A DNA stretch of 64,000 nt from Candidatus Shapirobacteria bacterium. GTDB lineage: Bacteria > Patescibacteriota > Microgenomatia > UBA12405. The notes beneath the pieces are model-generated. The model had not been told where the DNA came from and did no database searches. It saw only the letters and a program-made list of their open reading frames with translations. The stretch covers positions 14,249 to 78,248 of the forward strand of contig JACPHO010000001.1 of the NCBI GenBank assembly GCA_016188545.1, in the 5' to 3' direction. The translations under genes were made by a program, and so were the position numbers. Every line of letters starts with the position of its first letter. The first letter of the stretch is position 1. Shown one piece after another: positions 28,761 through 38,699 of this stretch.

Positions 28761-29534
28761 TTATACCTCTATCTCAATCCCTACTGGACAATGATCTGAA
28801 CCCATCACCTCAGTCAATATGAATGCCTCTTTGAGGTTTTTGCTCAGAGCCTTATCGATATAGATATAATCAATTCTCCAGCCTACATTCCTCGTTCGTG
28901 CCTTAGTAATTTGATCCCACCATGAATACATCACCTCATCTGGGTGAAGTAATCGAAATGTATCAACCCAACCTTGATCCTCCCATTGAGTCAGTATTTC
29001 TCTTTCCTCAGCTAGAAATCCTGACACCTTCGAATTTTCCTTTGGTCGAGCTAGGTCGATCTCTTCATGGGCCGTATTTACATCTCCACAAAAGATTACT
29101 TTCTCACCCTTTTTACGTAGTTCATTAACGTAAGCCAAAAAGTATTTATAAAAATCCATCTTATATTTCAGTCTTCCCAAGTCTCGCTTCCCATTTGGAA
29201 AATATACGTTTAGTAAGGTAAATTCGTCAAATTTAGTTATCACCACTCTGCCTTCGTTATCCCAGTCATTGTCCCTGTCTCCAATAATCACCGTCTTTGG
29301 TTCGTCTTTACTAAATGTCGCGACCCCAGAGTATCCGGCTTTTTCGGCTTCATTTAAATTCATATGGTATCCAGCCGGTTCGTCTATCGTGTGGGGGATT
29401 TGGTCTACTTTGGCTTTCATCTCTTGAAAGCAATAGACATCAGCCTTATCTTCCGCCATAAATTGATACACACCCTTTTTTACTGCTGCTCTAAACCCAG
29501 CGACATTCCAAGATATGATTCTAATTTTCATCAC
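28761..29534 (-). CDS. xth: exodeoxyribonuclease III / AP endonuclease
   Basis: 257 aa; ISWNVAG, CFQE, SDHCPV. Confidence 0.85.
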   Translation of the reverse strand: MMKIRIISWNVAGFRAAVKKGVYQFMAEDKADVYCFQEMKAKVDQIPHTIDEPAGYHMNLNEAEKAGYSGVATFSKDEPKTVIIGDRDNDWDNEGRVVITKFDEFTLLNVYFPNGKRDLGRLKYKMDFYKYFLAYVNELRKKGEKVIFCGDVNTAHEEIDLARPKENSKVSGFLAEEREILTQWEDQGWVDTFRLLHPDEVMYSWWDQITKARTRNVGWRIDYIYIDKALSKNLKEAFILTEVMGSDHCPVGIEIEV

Positions 29535-29976
29535 CTATTATAATGGAGATATGGATCATATCGCCATCATGAACAAGAAGCTTGGCTTAATTGACCGAAT
29601 TTTATCGGGAAGGAAAAAAGTTGAAACTCGTTGGTACAAAAATAAAATTGCCCCATATAACCAGATATCTGCAGGAGAGACGGTTTATTTCAAAGATTCT
29701 GGCAGTCTGGTTAGAGCCAAGGCCAGAGTCGCCAAAGTCGTCCAATTCGACAACTTAACCCCCACCAAAACAAAAGAAATAATAAGTAAGTACGGCCAGG
29801 AAATAGACGTTACCGACCCAACAGATCTTTCTTGGACATTGGGTAAAAACTTTGCCATTTTAATTTGGCTAGGCGACGTCAAAGCAGTAAAACCTTTTCA
29901 AATAAACAAAACTGGCTACGGCACCGGTTGTGCCTGGCTTGTCGTCAAGAATGTTGATATAATCAAAGCCGATTAA
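29515..29976 (+). CDS. ASCH (PUA-like) domain protein
   Basis: 153 aa as given (probable start at the internal Met near 29551); ILSGRKKVETRW ASCH-type motif. Confidence 0.5.
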   Translation: MILIFITYYNGDMDHIAIMNKKLGLIDRILSGRKKVETRWYKNKIAPYNQISAGETVYFKDSGSLVRAKARVAKVVQFDNLTPTKTKEIISKYGQEIDVTDPTDLSWTLGKNFAILIWLGDVKAVKPFQINKTGYGTGCAWLVVKNVDIIKAD

Positions 29977-29994
29977 AACACTATGTTTTAATTT

Positions 29995-30066
29995 CCAGCA
30001 GGAGCCGGGCGGTTAGGCAATGGTCTGTAAAACCATCATAAGTAGGTTCAACTCCTACCTGCTGGA
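29995..30066 (+). tRNA. tRNA-Tyr (GUA), class I (short variable arm)
   Basis: acceptor ccagcag/ctgctgg; anticodon stem atggt/accat with loop CUGUAAA (the Tyr loop); T-arm gtagg-TTCAACT-cctac; discriminator A; 5-nt variable region. Confidence 0.55.
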
Positions 30067-30112
30067 CAAGACACTGGAGTATACTAATTGGATTAATGAT
30101 TAAACATAATCC

Positions 30113-31330
30113 ATGTCAGAATTCAAACTTAATCCAACATTTATATCCCAAGAACAACTAACTAAACCTGGTAATCCTGGTTCTGAGTCAATTCTGCCAA
30201 ATACAAACAGGGGGGGCTTTGATAAATTTACTCAAATCTATCAAAATATTTCAACATCAAATGCCACAGATCAAAGAAAGCAGTTCGAACAATCAAAAGT
30301 AGCGATTAGTGAAATACTCAGGGACACACTTACATCTGAAACCGTCATCGAAGTGCAAAATCCGTTTCAAAATGAGACAGATAACGATAAAACAATTAAT
30401 GTCCCACTCGATCAATACATCCAGTATTGGCAGCGCGACTTAGAAACTACTTTTGCCGCCCAAGATAATTTCGTAGCAATTTGTGAAGGAAAACTGTCGG
30501 GAAAACTACTAAAGCACGACAAAAATAACCCTTCATTATTTGTTAAAACAGCTGATTTATTAATTGGACATCTAACCAATGCCGGTGAGCCAAACGACGA
30601 GAGTAAAACGAAAATTGCCGAATTTGCCCTAAAACAACTTGAATCGACTACCACCAAGAAAATTGATGCACCGAGTGCTATCACTGCCGTTAATTTGGTC
30701 AATGCCGTATTTTATTGCAATGGAACCACAAAAGAGAAATCTGCTGAAATGTTGCCTCACGGATTGAATGTCATGCAAAACATAGTAAGAAACCAGCAGT
30801 TTAAAGATAAAAAACAGTATCCAACAAATATAAAAAGCAAATCGCTAGACGAACAACAGGCAATAAGACAAAAAGTGAACCTGGATAATCTTGACATTGA
30901 CTTTCACAATCAACAAGCAGAATCAGTGCTGCAAGCAATTGCCAAAACATTGTCGTTTCCACTTGATTACAGCCTAGACCAGGCAGAACCGTTGTTTAGT
31001 AGACTGCAAGATGTATTTACAAACGACAAAGCAGTACTTAATGATTTCAGAGTAAAAACGATTAATATGTACAAGGACGTGTTGCTAGATAAATTTAGGG
31101 ACCAGGCTATGAATCCACTACCGGAGACATTACTAAGCATGCCCAATGAGCAGCGGGCATCAGTTGTGACTACGGCCATTGGTTTATTGAAATTAATTTA
31201 TGACCAGGGTTACGATAAAACTGCCAGCCAGTTGCAGTTCAAAATACCTGACATTGCAATAATGTATATCATGCACAAAAAAGATAATAGCTATCGTGGT
31301 CCACAGACAGAGAGGTTTGTGAGGGTATAA
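30113..31330 (+). CDS. hypothetical protein
   Basis: 405 aa; no TM, no recognisable motif. Confidence 0.45.
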   Translation: MSEFKLNPTFISQEQLTKPGNPGSESILPNTNRGGFDKFTQIYQNISTSNATDQRKQFEQSKVAISEILRDTLTSETVIEVQNPFQNETDNDKTINVPLDQYIQYWQRDLETTFAAQDNFVAICEGKLSGKLLKHDKNNPSLFVKTADLLIGHLTNAGEPNDESKTKIAEFALKQLESTTTKKIDAPSAITAVNLVNAVFYCNGTTKEKSAEMLPHGLNVMQNIVRNQQFKDKKQYPTNIKSKSLDEQQAIRQKVNLDNLDIDFHNQQAESVLQAIAKTLSFPLDYSLDQAEPLFSRLQDVFTNDKAVLNDFRVKTINMYKDVLLDKFRDQAMNPLPETLLSMPNEQRASVVTTAIGLLKLIYDQGYDKTASQLQFKIPDIAIMYIMHKKDNSYRGPQTERFVRV

Positions 31331-31332
31331 CA

Positions 31333-32307
31333 ATGGTACGAAAAACAGTAGATCGCCCCAACTTATCCGAAAACATCGTTCAAATAATAGAGAAGTCAGG
31401 TGAATATGGAAGCTCTTGTTGGCTAAGAGCCCAGGGGTTGATGGATAAATTAGTAGATGAAGGTATTGTGACAGTCCAAGCTGTTGGACTTAAGCCCCTT
31501 ATGGGGGATATGTCTAGGCCAGGCCATGTAGGGCTAATCATATTCAATAAAATGGTTTGGATTGATTCGGGTGACGGGCTGGGTTCTGCAACACATGACA
31601 TTAGTCCAGAAACTGTATTATCACCAAGATCAATTCTACACAACGGGACATATTACCGAGTTTTTGAGATAACCAGTGATAGACAAGAGTTTGAAGAATT
31701 CGTTGCGGTTCACAACTCTTTGTCTGATCTGGGCACTGATGTCAATGAACTGTTAGTAAATAATGGAACAGATCCTGAGATGGGGAAGGTTCTGTGGAAA
31801 CTGCAACTGCTCTCAGACAAGTTGGAACATTTTTTTGGAGTTGACACACAGTTGTCACAAGAATCACAACGAGAGTTATTGATAATGTTTACTGACACTT
31901 TTACGAAGACTGCAAAACACAACTTATCTGAACATTCAAGCGAGAATATGAATGAACTACTTAAAGGGATAATCTATCGACCTGAGTTTCTGTTGCAAAT
32001 GGTAATCGAGGAATCAGAAAGGCATCAAAACTATCTACACAAAACAGTGTCCAGGATTGCAAATGTGCAGAGCTTAGACGATGTAAACATTAGAAGCTGT
32101 GATGATTTTTGGAAAGAAGCAAATGACAGATTTAAATTATGGGAAAATTATTCAAAAAACATTACTTGCTTGTTAAAAGTTGGACATCCAATTTATTCAC
32201 AATCGACACCGAAGGAACTTGTTGACGCTATACAAGACTCTCTAAACAAAGTGCTGTTAGAAACATTGGGCTATATACGTATGTATAAGGAGGAAGGTGA
32301 AAATTGA
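31333..32307 (+). CDS. hypothetical protein
   Basis: 324 aa; starts 3 nt after the previous gene (operon); no motif. Confidence 0.45.
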   Translation: MVRKTVDRPNLSENIVQIIEKSGEYGSSCWLRAQGLMDKLVDEGIVTVQAVGLKPLMGDMSRPGHVGLIIFNKMVWIDSGDGLGSATHDISPETVLSPRSILHNGTYYRVFEITSDRQEFEEFVAVHNSLSDLGTDVNELLVNNGTDPEMGKVLWKLQLLSDKLEHFFGVDTQLSQESQRELLIMFTDTFTKTAKHNLSEHSSENMNELLKGIIYRPEFLLQMVIEESERHQNYLHKTVSRIANVQSLDDVNIRSCDDFWKEANDRFKLWENYSKNITCLLKVGHPIYSQSTPKELVDAIQDSLNKVLLETLGYIRMYKEEGEN

Positions 32308-32574
32308 TCCATTTCATCATTAATCCTGTATAGAAAGCACTAAAATACATAACGCTGAGCCAATTTTTCAACTGGTTAGTGGGCACGAGAGTCTCCTAAA
32401 TGGAAATTAGGTTAGCCATAATCCGTTTCCATCATACCAACATTCTCTTGACAGTCTTGTCATCTTCCATATTCTTTATTGCTGTGTGCGAGTTTTTCTC
32501 GTACGCGTAGCTTTCTAAATGAGAATGGAATAGAGCCGTAGCATAGTTTTATATCGTTTTGATACAATGTCCTC

Positions 32575-32895
32575 ATGAAAATAGAAACACTTACAGCCTG
32601 GCAACTAAGTGATTCTCCAGCATGCAATAGTGAGGCAGAAGAAATAATGGGGGAATTAATAAGGATCTCAGCTGATGCACAGGAGTGGAAACCAGTGCCA
32701 GTGACGGAGTTGGACAGACTATTTACGGGGGTAACCACAAGAGATAACCTGGAAGCACCCCTAAGAGAAGGCGTAATCAATCTAAGGACATCAGGACTAG
32801 TAACTCTGGAAGATGTCGATGGTGTCCGCTCTATAGTTGTCACTGAGAAATTCAAGACGTTTTATGAGAAAGCTTCTCAGAAAAAGTTGCCCTAA
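32575..32895 (+). CDS. hypothetical protein
   Basis: 106-aa ORF. Confidence 0.3.
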   Translation: MKIETLTAWQLSDSPACNSEAEEIMGELIRISADAQEWKPVPVTELDRLFTGVTTRDNLEAPLREGVINLRTSGLVTLEDVDGVRSIVVTEKFKTFYEKASQKKLP

Positions 32896-32922
32896 AAACT
32901 GAATATCTCCATTTCCACCTAG

Positions 32923-33390
32923 TCAAGTCGCAGACAGATATTTCTTAATCGTTTTTTCTCCTGCTTTCTTTCCATCAACCTTGAAAAACGCCAAATATCT
33001 AAGCCAACTGCCCATATTTACTTTCTTCATTGTTGTTAGTATCAAGTTTGCAATCTTTTCTGTCGTCACCCACTTCTCTTTGGACAGTATTAACCTTTCT
33101 TCAACTTTGTCAAAAATTCCTACCGCCACAATACCAGCACTCCCTCTATCCAACTTTTTTTCGCCAACTACCGCATGATATATCGACGAATATAACTTTG
33201 CTCCAACATACTTAACTCTTTTTCCTGACTTTTTAACAACTGTAATATGTGCCAGATCAATTTTTTCATGAGTCGTAAATACAAATTCACACTTCAAGCA
33301 CTTCCTCCTTCTCCAAATTTGAGTTCCTTTATTGGTTGGTCTCGAGTTAGTGACTTCAATTTGTTCGCTTCCACAACTTGGACAAAACAT
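32923..33390 (-). CDS. nrdR: transcriptional repressor NrdR
   Basis: 155 aa; N-terminal zinc ribbon MFCPSCGS...CLKC followed by an ATP-cone (VVKKSGKRVKY). Confidence 0.8.
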   Translation of the reverse strand: MFCPSCGSEQIEVTNSRPTNKGTQIWRRRKCLKCEFVFTTHEKIDLAHITVVKKSGKRVKYVGAKLYSSIYHAVVGEKKLDRGSAGIVAVGIFDKVEERLILSKEKWVTTEKIANLILTTMKKVNMGSWLRYLAFFKVDGKKAGEKTIKKYLSAT

Positions 33391-33520
33391 ATCTATATAT
33401 TGACATGTAACTATAGATTTATCAATTTAAATATTAATTATAAACCTAAAACAGTTGTCATGCATATCTACATCATGTTCTATCAAGTAGGCCGCTATTA
33501 ATTTTAAATATAAGTATCAA

Positions 33521-33907
33521 ATGACCAAAGACCATAAAACAGAAATTATAATTAGTGAACCAGAGCAGATATCATTGTTTGTCAGACAAGCCAATCACTT
33601 TATAGAATCAAAACTATATTTGGGAGTCCACACCATCGGATCCAACCCAAGTGGGGTAATTTCATATCCTACTGGAAATGTTGAAAACTCAACTCTGAAA
33701 CCAACTGTCAAACCTGTATCCATAACCCCACCTTTTAGAATTTCCTTTTCACAAAATGATGAGGACACTAGTGTTTTTCACTCGAATTGTGAATTCTCAC
33801 CTGATCCATCACAGGATTGGATGCTGGACATTCTAAAATACCATTTCGCCCGTGCTGTCGCCACTTCTCTTCCAAAACCAAGATCACCTACTTCTATTAA
33901 CAGTTAA
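33521..33907 (+). CDS. hypothetical protein
   Basis: 128-aa ORF. Confidence 0.3.
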   Translation: MTKDHKTEIIISEPEQISLFVRQANHFIESKLYLGVHTIGSNPSGVISYPTGNVENSTLKPTVKPVSITPPFRISFSQNDEDTSVFHSNCEFSPDPSQDWMLDILKYHFARAVATSLPKPRSPTSINS

Positions 33908-34223
33908 ATCAAGTATGAACAATATAGTTCTTAGTCAGCCAAGCAAAATTTACTCAATTGTTAATTCGCTAAACGACTCAGACATTTTCAGCTCAATAAA
34001 TATTAGCTCATTTAGTGCTGGCCAAGACTATCTCAAGTGGTTGGCCCCGTCGCTAGAATATCCCTGTATTTTCAATCCTTACTATCTTTTTTATCCATTC
34101 AAAATAGGCTATGGTCCACGACCATTCATTACATTTACTGATGAAATCGGCGAAAACAAACTCTTGCTCGATCAGGTCAAAACAAAAATACTGGCGATAA
34201 TTCTAAATACATCAAAGTTTTGA
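33852..34223 (+). CDS. hypothetical protein
   Basis: 123-aa ORF; overlaps the previous ORF in another frame. Confidence 0.25.
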   Translation: MLSPLLFQNQDHLLLLTVKSSMNNIVLSQPSKIYSIVNSLNDSDIFSSINISSFSAGQDYLKWLAPSLEYPCIFNPYYLFYPFKIGYGPRPFITFTDEIGENKLLLDQVKTKILAIILNTSKF

Positions 34224-34381
34224 TGCAGTTATTTGTAGTGTCAGATATTAGGCGAGAATTAAAAAGCATCAGGCAATACCGTAAAAAACTGGGGTTAAAC
34301 TAAGCCAGTTCTTGATTTTACTTTTCTAAATACTTAGTATTAATTATCACTAAAATAATTAAGGCACCACTTCTTTGCATT

Positions 34382-34798
34382 TTGTTTTTGATATTAGGTT
34401 TTTTTATAGGCAATAAACTGCAGCTACAAAAAGAAAAATCATGGTTTGAATCCATCAAACCAGTCCCCTTTGCCGGTGTCCAACAATATGCCACTTATTA
34501 TTACCAGGTAGATGATGATTTACCTAAATTTAAAGTTCAGGCATCAACATTTATCGAAGATCCGTATAGTGAGTTGTGTAATGATTGTGTTAATCAAGAA
34601 ATAAAAATTGGCAAAAACGAGATAACTTTAATGACCAATCCTAATCGAAAAAATCCTATATCAATCTATATTGTGCCAGAAGAAAACTACGGCAGTATCT
34701 ATAGTTTTCAATATTATCAACTTGATCAAAAGGGAAACGAAATTGAGTTTGAAGATGGCGTAAAGGAGGAAATTATAAGAGAAATTGAAAATTGGTAG
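34382..34798 (+). CDS. hypothetical protein (putative secreted)
   Basis: 138-aa ORF with N-terminal hydrophobic segment. Confidence 0.3.
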   Translation: MFLILGFFIGNKLQLQKEKSWFESIKPVPFAGVQQYATYYYQVDDDLPKFKVQASTFIEDPYSELCNDCVNQEIKIGKNEITLMTNPNRKNPISIYIVPEENYGSIYSFQYYQLDQKGNEIEFEDGVKEEIIREIENW

Positions 34799-34811
34799 AA
34801 CTATTTAATAA

Positions 34812-35675
34812 CTAGTCACGTTCTTCAATCAGTCTTTCAACTGCCTCCGCTGTTTCTTCTGGTTTTTCCACTGTCAACACATGTCCTGCCTCATCAACTT
34901 CCTCAATATGATATTTACCCCTACCATCCAGTAGTTTTCTTGCTTGAGTCGCATTAGTTAGCTTATCGAATTTTCCGAAAATTAGATCAATTGGGATAGT
35001 ATTATTTTCAATTAAGTCATCGATGTGAGTCTTTGAAATCGCCATCCCCATATCCACATAAACTTCCTTCGACGCCTTTAACTTCCCCTCAAAACCTGTC
35101 TCATCGATTATTTTCTTATCAAACTTATACATATTTATATGTTTGGCAGTGAAATAGGTATAGCGTTTTGTATCGACAATCCGCTTAACCGCGCTCATAG
35201 CTAATTTGCTTTTGCGAAGCAGCCGATACATCACTCCCATAACTTTCACCATCGCTGTTTTATTGTTTTTTAAAAACATTGGGGCAATCAGAATTATGTG
35301 ACTAGCTACTTTTGGATGGCGGCTATAAAAAGTCGATACTACATAAGCCCCCATCGAATGACCCACAACTACCGGTTTTTTTATCTTCATACTTTTGATA
35401 AAACCAGCCAGATAATCCGCTTGGTTCCTAAGATTATAAGAATCTAGTCGGTCGCTATCTCCAAAACCGGGAAGATCTACCCCGATAAATTGATACTCTT
35501 TATATAGATACCGTGCCATTGGGATAAACCCCTTCCAATTATTTGTCCATCCGTGCACAAACACGAGAGGACGACCTTTTCCCGAAGTAGCATAGTGTAT
35601 AACAGTATCTCCAACTTTTACCTCTGCTTCCTTAAATATTGCTACTTTGGCACCTTTTGTGATATCTTTAGACAT
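34812..35675 (-). CDS. alpha/beta-fold hydrolase
   Basis: 287 aa; HGW...; nucleophile elbow GHSMG. Confidence 0.7.
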   Translation of the reverse strand: MSKDITKGAKVAIFKEAEVKVGDTVIHYATSGKGRPLVFVHGWTNNWKGFIPMARYLYKEYQFIGVDLPGFGDSDRLDSYNLRNQADYLAGFIKSMKIKKPVVVGHSMGAYVVSTFYSRHPKVASHIILIAPMFLKNNKTAMVKVMGVMYRLLRKSKLAMSAVKRIVDTKRYTYFTAKHINMYKFDKKIIDETGFEGKLKASKEVYVDMGMAISKTHIDDLIENNTIPIDLIFGKFDKLTNATQARKLLDGRGKYHIEEVDEAGHVLTVEKPEETAEAVERLIEERD

Positions 35676-35677
35676 AG

Positions 35678-36739
35678 ATGTATCTTAGCAAACTTCACCT
35701 TAATTTCTTCCGTTCTTATCAAGATAGACTGATCGAATTTGGACCAAAAACAAATCTTATTGTCGGTCACAACGGTACTGGTAAGACCAATATTCTTGAG
35801 GCTATCTACTTCCTATCTTCTGGTAAAAGTTTCCGAAGTAGTGCCTTAGGTCAACTCCTCAAGTGGGACTCAACATATACTATCGTCACTGGAATAATCA
35901 ACCTCAATGATCACCAGACTGAGCTCGAATGTCAGCTCAGTAAAGAAATTGGAAAAGTTTCTGCAACCCGTAAATTTTTTATCGACAGAGTCGTCAAAAC
36001 CCGTCCCAAATACTTAGGTACCCTCAAAACTGTGGTCTTTGAGCCTGAGGATATCCGCCTTGTCACCGGTTCACCTTCTCGCCGCCGTGATTATCTCGAT
36101 AGTGTCTTTAGTACTACGCAGTGGCGTTATGCTGGCGCTCTTTCCCAGTACAACCGTGCTCTCAAACATCGTAACGAGCTATTGGACATGATTCGGGAAA
36201 ACCGCTCAAACAAATCAGAACTTTTTTATTGGGACCAATCTCTGATTAAAAATGCCACTATCATCCAAGATTTTCGTCAAAACTACATCCGTTCAGTCAA
36301 TCGTTACTTTAGTCAGCATGCTCTATCCGAAATACAACAACTTTCTCTCAATTACCGACCCTCCACTCTCTCCCAAGAAAAATTAGATCAACAGTATATT
36401 ACTGACCTCAACTTTGGCTACACTCAAGCTGGAATTCATCGTGATGATTTTAGCTTTGACAGTAAAGCCTTTTCAGCTTCCAACAAAAATCTGGCTTTTT
36501 GGGGGAGCCGAGGACAACAGAGGTTGTCGGTCCTTGCTCTCAGATTAGCCCAGATCAACTATCTCGAAGAGACATATCACCAAAAACCCATCCTACTACT
36601 GGATGATATCTTCTCAGAACTTGACCCGGAACACCGCCAACTAGTAGTCGACATTTGCCAAAGCTACCAGACAATCTTTACTTCAGCCGAGAGTACTACT
36701 TGCGATATCTTACCTACTTCTCAACAGATAATCCTCTGA
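35678..36739 (+). CDS. recF: DNA replication and repair protein RecF
   Basis: 353 aa; Walker A GHNGTGKTN; signature/Walker B LLLDDIFSELD. Confidence 0.8.
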   Translation: MYLSKLHLNFFRSYQDRLIEFGPKTNLIVGHNGTGKTNILEAIYFLSSGKSFRSSALGQLLKWDSTYTIVTGIINLNDHQTELECQLSKEIGKVSATRKFFIDRVVKTRPKYLGTLKTVVFEPEDIRLVTGSPSRRRDYLDSVFSTTQWRYAGALSQYNRALKHRNELLDMIRENRSNKSELFYWDQSLIKNATIIQDFRQNYIRSVNRYFSQHALSEIQQLSLNYRPSTLSQEKLDQQYITDLNFGYTQAGIHRDDFSFDSKAFSASNKNLAFWGSRGQQRLSVLALRLAQINYLEETYHQKPILLLDDIFSELDPEHRQLVVDICQSYQTIFTSAESTTCDILPTSQQIIL

Positions 36740-36776
36740 ACTAAACTTACCCCCTGCACAAATGATGTTTTTGTAC

Positions 36777-36782
36777 TATAAT
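36777..36782 (+). promoter_or_regulatory. putative -10 box (TATAAT) of the 16S rRNA promoter
   Basis: tttgtacTATAATagc about 140 nt upstream of the 16S 5' end. Confidence 0.25.
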
Positions 36783-36923
36783 AGCTACACAGTCGTTGAG
36801 ACTGTTTTCTTTTGTACATTAACATTCAATCACTTTATTTGAAGCCACGGCTGTTAGTGCCAGAAGGATGACACCGATAATTCGGTATTTCTTTCTAAAA
36901 AATTATCCCGATCATTCGGGATT

Positions 36924-38501
36924 TGTACTAAGAGTTTGATCGTGGCTCAGGGTAAACGCTGGCGATGTGCCTAAGACATGCAAGTCGAACGGGATTTGTA
37001 GTCTACACGAAGACATTGATAACTTCTTAACTTTTTTTAAGTCTTTCCACTTTTGGAATATTTTTTTGAACTTTGATAAGAATCGATTATTGTAATCATT
37101 TCGATGTTTTCGTGTAGATTATAGATTCAGTGGCGAACGGGTGAGTAATGAGTACGAACGTACTCTCAAGCGGAACATAGCCCACCGAAAGGTGGGGTAA
37201 TTTTCCATAGTCTCGAAAGAGTAAAGACGCAAGTCACTTGAGAAGCGGCGTACTTGCCACCAGCTAGTTGGTAGGGTAACGGCCTACCAAGGCTATAACG
37301 GCTAACGGCTCTTAGCGGAGAGTCCGTCACAATGGGACTGAGACACGGCCCATACTTCTACGGAAGGCAGCAGTTAGGAATCTTGCACAATGGACGAAAG
37401 TCTGATGCAGCGACATCGCGTGAAGGATGAAGGCTCTCGGGTCGTAAACTTCTTTTATTTTGCCATGAAGGCATTTTGAATCAGCAACTACTAACTACGT
37501 GCCAGCAGTCGCGGTAATACGTAGGTTGCAAGCGTTACCCGGTTTTATTGGGCGTAAAGCGTCTGTAGGTGGTTTTATAAGTCTTATTTCAAAGACTCCG
37601 GCTCAACCGGAGATAGGGGTAGGATACTGTAAGACTAGAGTGATATCGGGGTTACTGGAATTTTTAGTGTAGGGGTAAAATCCGTGGATACTAAAAAGAA
37701 CACCAAGCGCGAAGGCGGGTAACTAGGTATTTACTGACACTCAGAGACGAAAGCTAGGGTAGCCAATCAGATTAGAGACCTGAGTAGTCCTAGCCGTAAA
37801 CTATGTATGTTAATTCTCTGCAATTTATTGTGGGGGATGTAAGCTAACGCGTTAAACATACCGCCTGGGGAGTATAGCCGCAAGGCCGAAACTCAAACGA
37901 ATTGGCGGGGAGGCGCACAACCAGTGGAGCATGTGGTTCAATTCGATACAAAGCGATGAACCTTACCTGGGTTTGACATTTATCTGCAAACCCCCAGAAA
38001 CGGGGGAATCCTTAGAGGGTGATAAACAGCTGTTGCATGGCTGTCGTCAGCTCGTGACGTGAGTTGTTCTCTTAAGTGAGGTAACGAGCGCAACCCCCAT
38101 CCGGTGTTATTGTGTCACCGGAGACTGCCTAGCATTATTTTGTTAGGAGGAAGGAGGGGACGACGTCAAGTCAGCATGATGCTTATGTCCAGGGCTACAC
38201 ACATCCTACAATGGGGAGGACAATGGGTCGCGAAACCGCGAGGTGGAGCCAATCCCACAAACCTTTCCTCAGTTGGGATTGCAGGCTGAAACTCGCCTGC
38301 ATGAACCCGGAATTGGTAGTAATCGCGCATCAGCAGCGCGCGGTGAATACGTTCTCGCCTCTTGCACACACTGCCCGTCAAATCAACAAAGTTGGGGGTA
38401 CCCGAAGCTTGGCCTTTGGCCGAATCAAGGTAAATCCAGCGATGAGGGTTAAGTCGTAACAAGGTATCTGTACTGGAAGGTGCAGATGGATCACCTCCTT
38501 T
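36924..38501 (+). rRNA. rrs: 16S ribosomal RNA, divergent (CPR-like), with ~100-nt AT-rich expansion in helix 6/V1 (~36995-37118)
   Basis: AGAGTTTGATCGTGGCTCAG at the 5' end; GTGCCAGCAGTCGCGGTAATAC (515 site with C>T); ATTAGAGACCTGAGTAGTCC; CTGCCCGTCA; AAGTCGTAACAAGGTA; GGATCACCTCCTT at the 3' end. Confidence 0.9.
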
Positions 38502-38645
38502 GAGGATTTCTTTGAAAATATGTTCTATGGTTCGCCCAAAAAACAGTTTTCATTGCATGAATCAAGCTCTTTCTGGTACTAACAGTATTGGCTTCTTTAA
38601 AGTGATTGAATACCTGCCCGCCTGTGGTGGGAAAAAGAAAATTAA

Positions 38646-38674
38646 AAATCTCCCAGCAATGGGGGATTTTTTTG
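38646..38674 (+). terminator. rho-independent terminator after 16S
   Basis: aatctcccagcaatgggggatt hairpin followed by a T7 run. Confidence 0.5.
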
Positions 38675-38699
38675 TATCTAATGACTAAAAGCAAATACT

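Noticed and set aside
33391-33520. Possible NrdR boxes or a sigma-70 promoter (TTGACA...tatagat) between nrdR and the next gene
   Set aside because: No convincing 16-bp NrdR palindrome could be identified by eye, so it is left unannotated.
38501-38699. Expected a 23S rRNA and tRNA-Ile/Ala spacer downstream of the 16S gene
   Set aside because: A terminator then uppS follow directly, so the rRNA genes are unlinked. Nothing is missed in this window.
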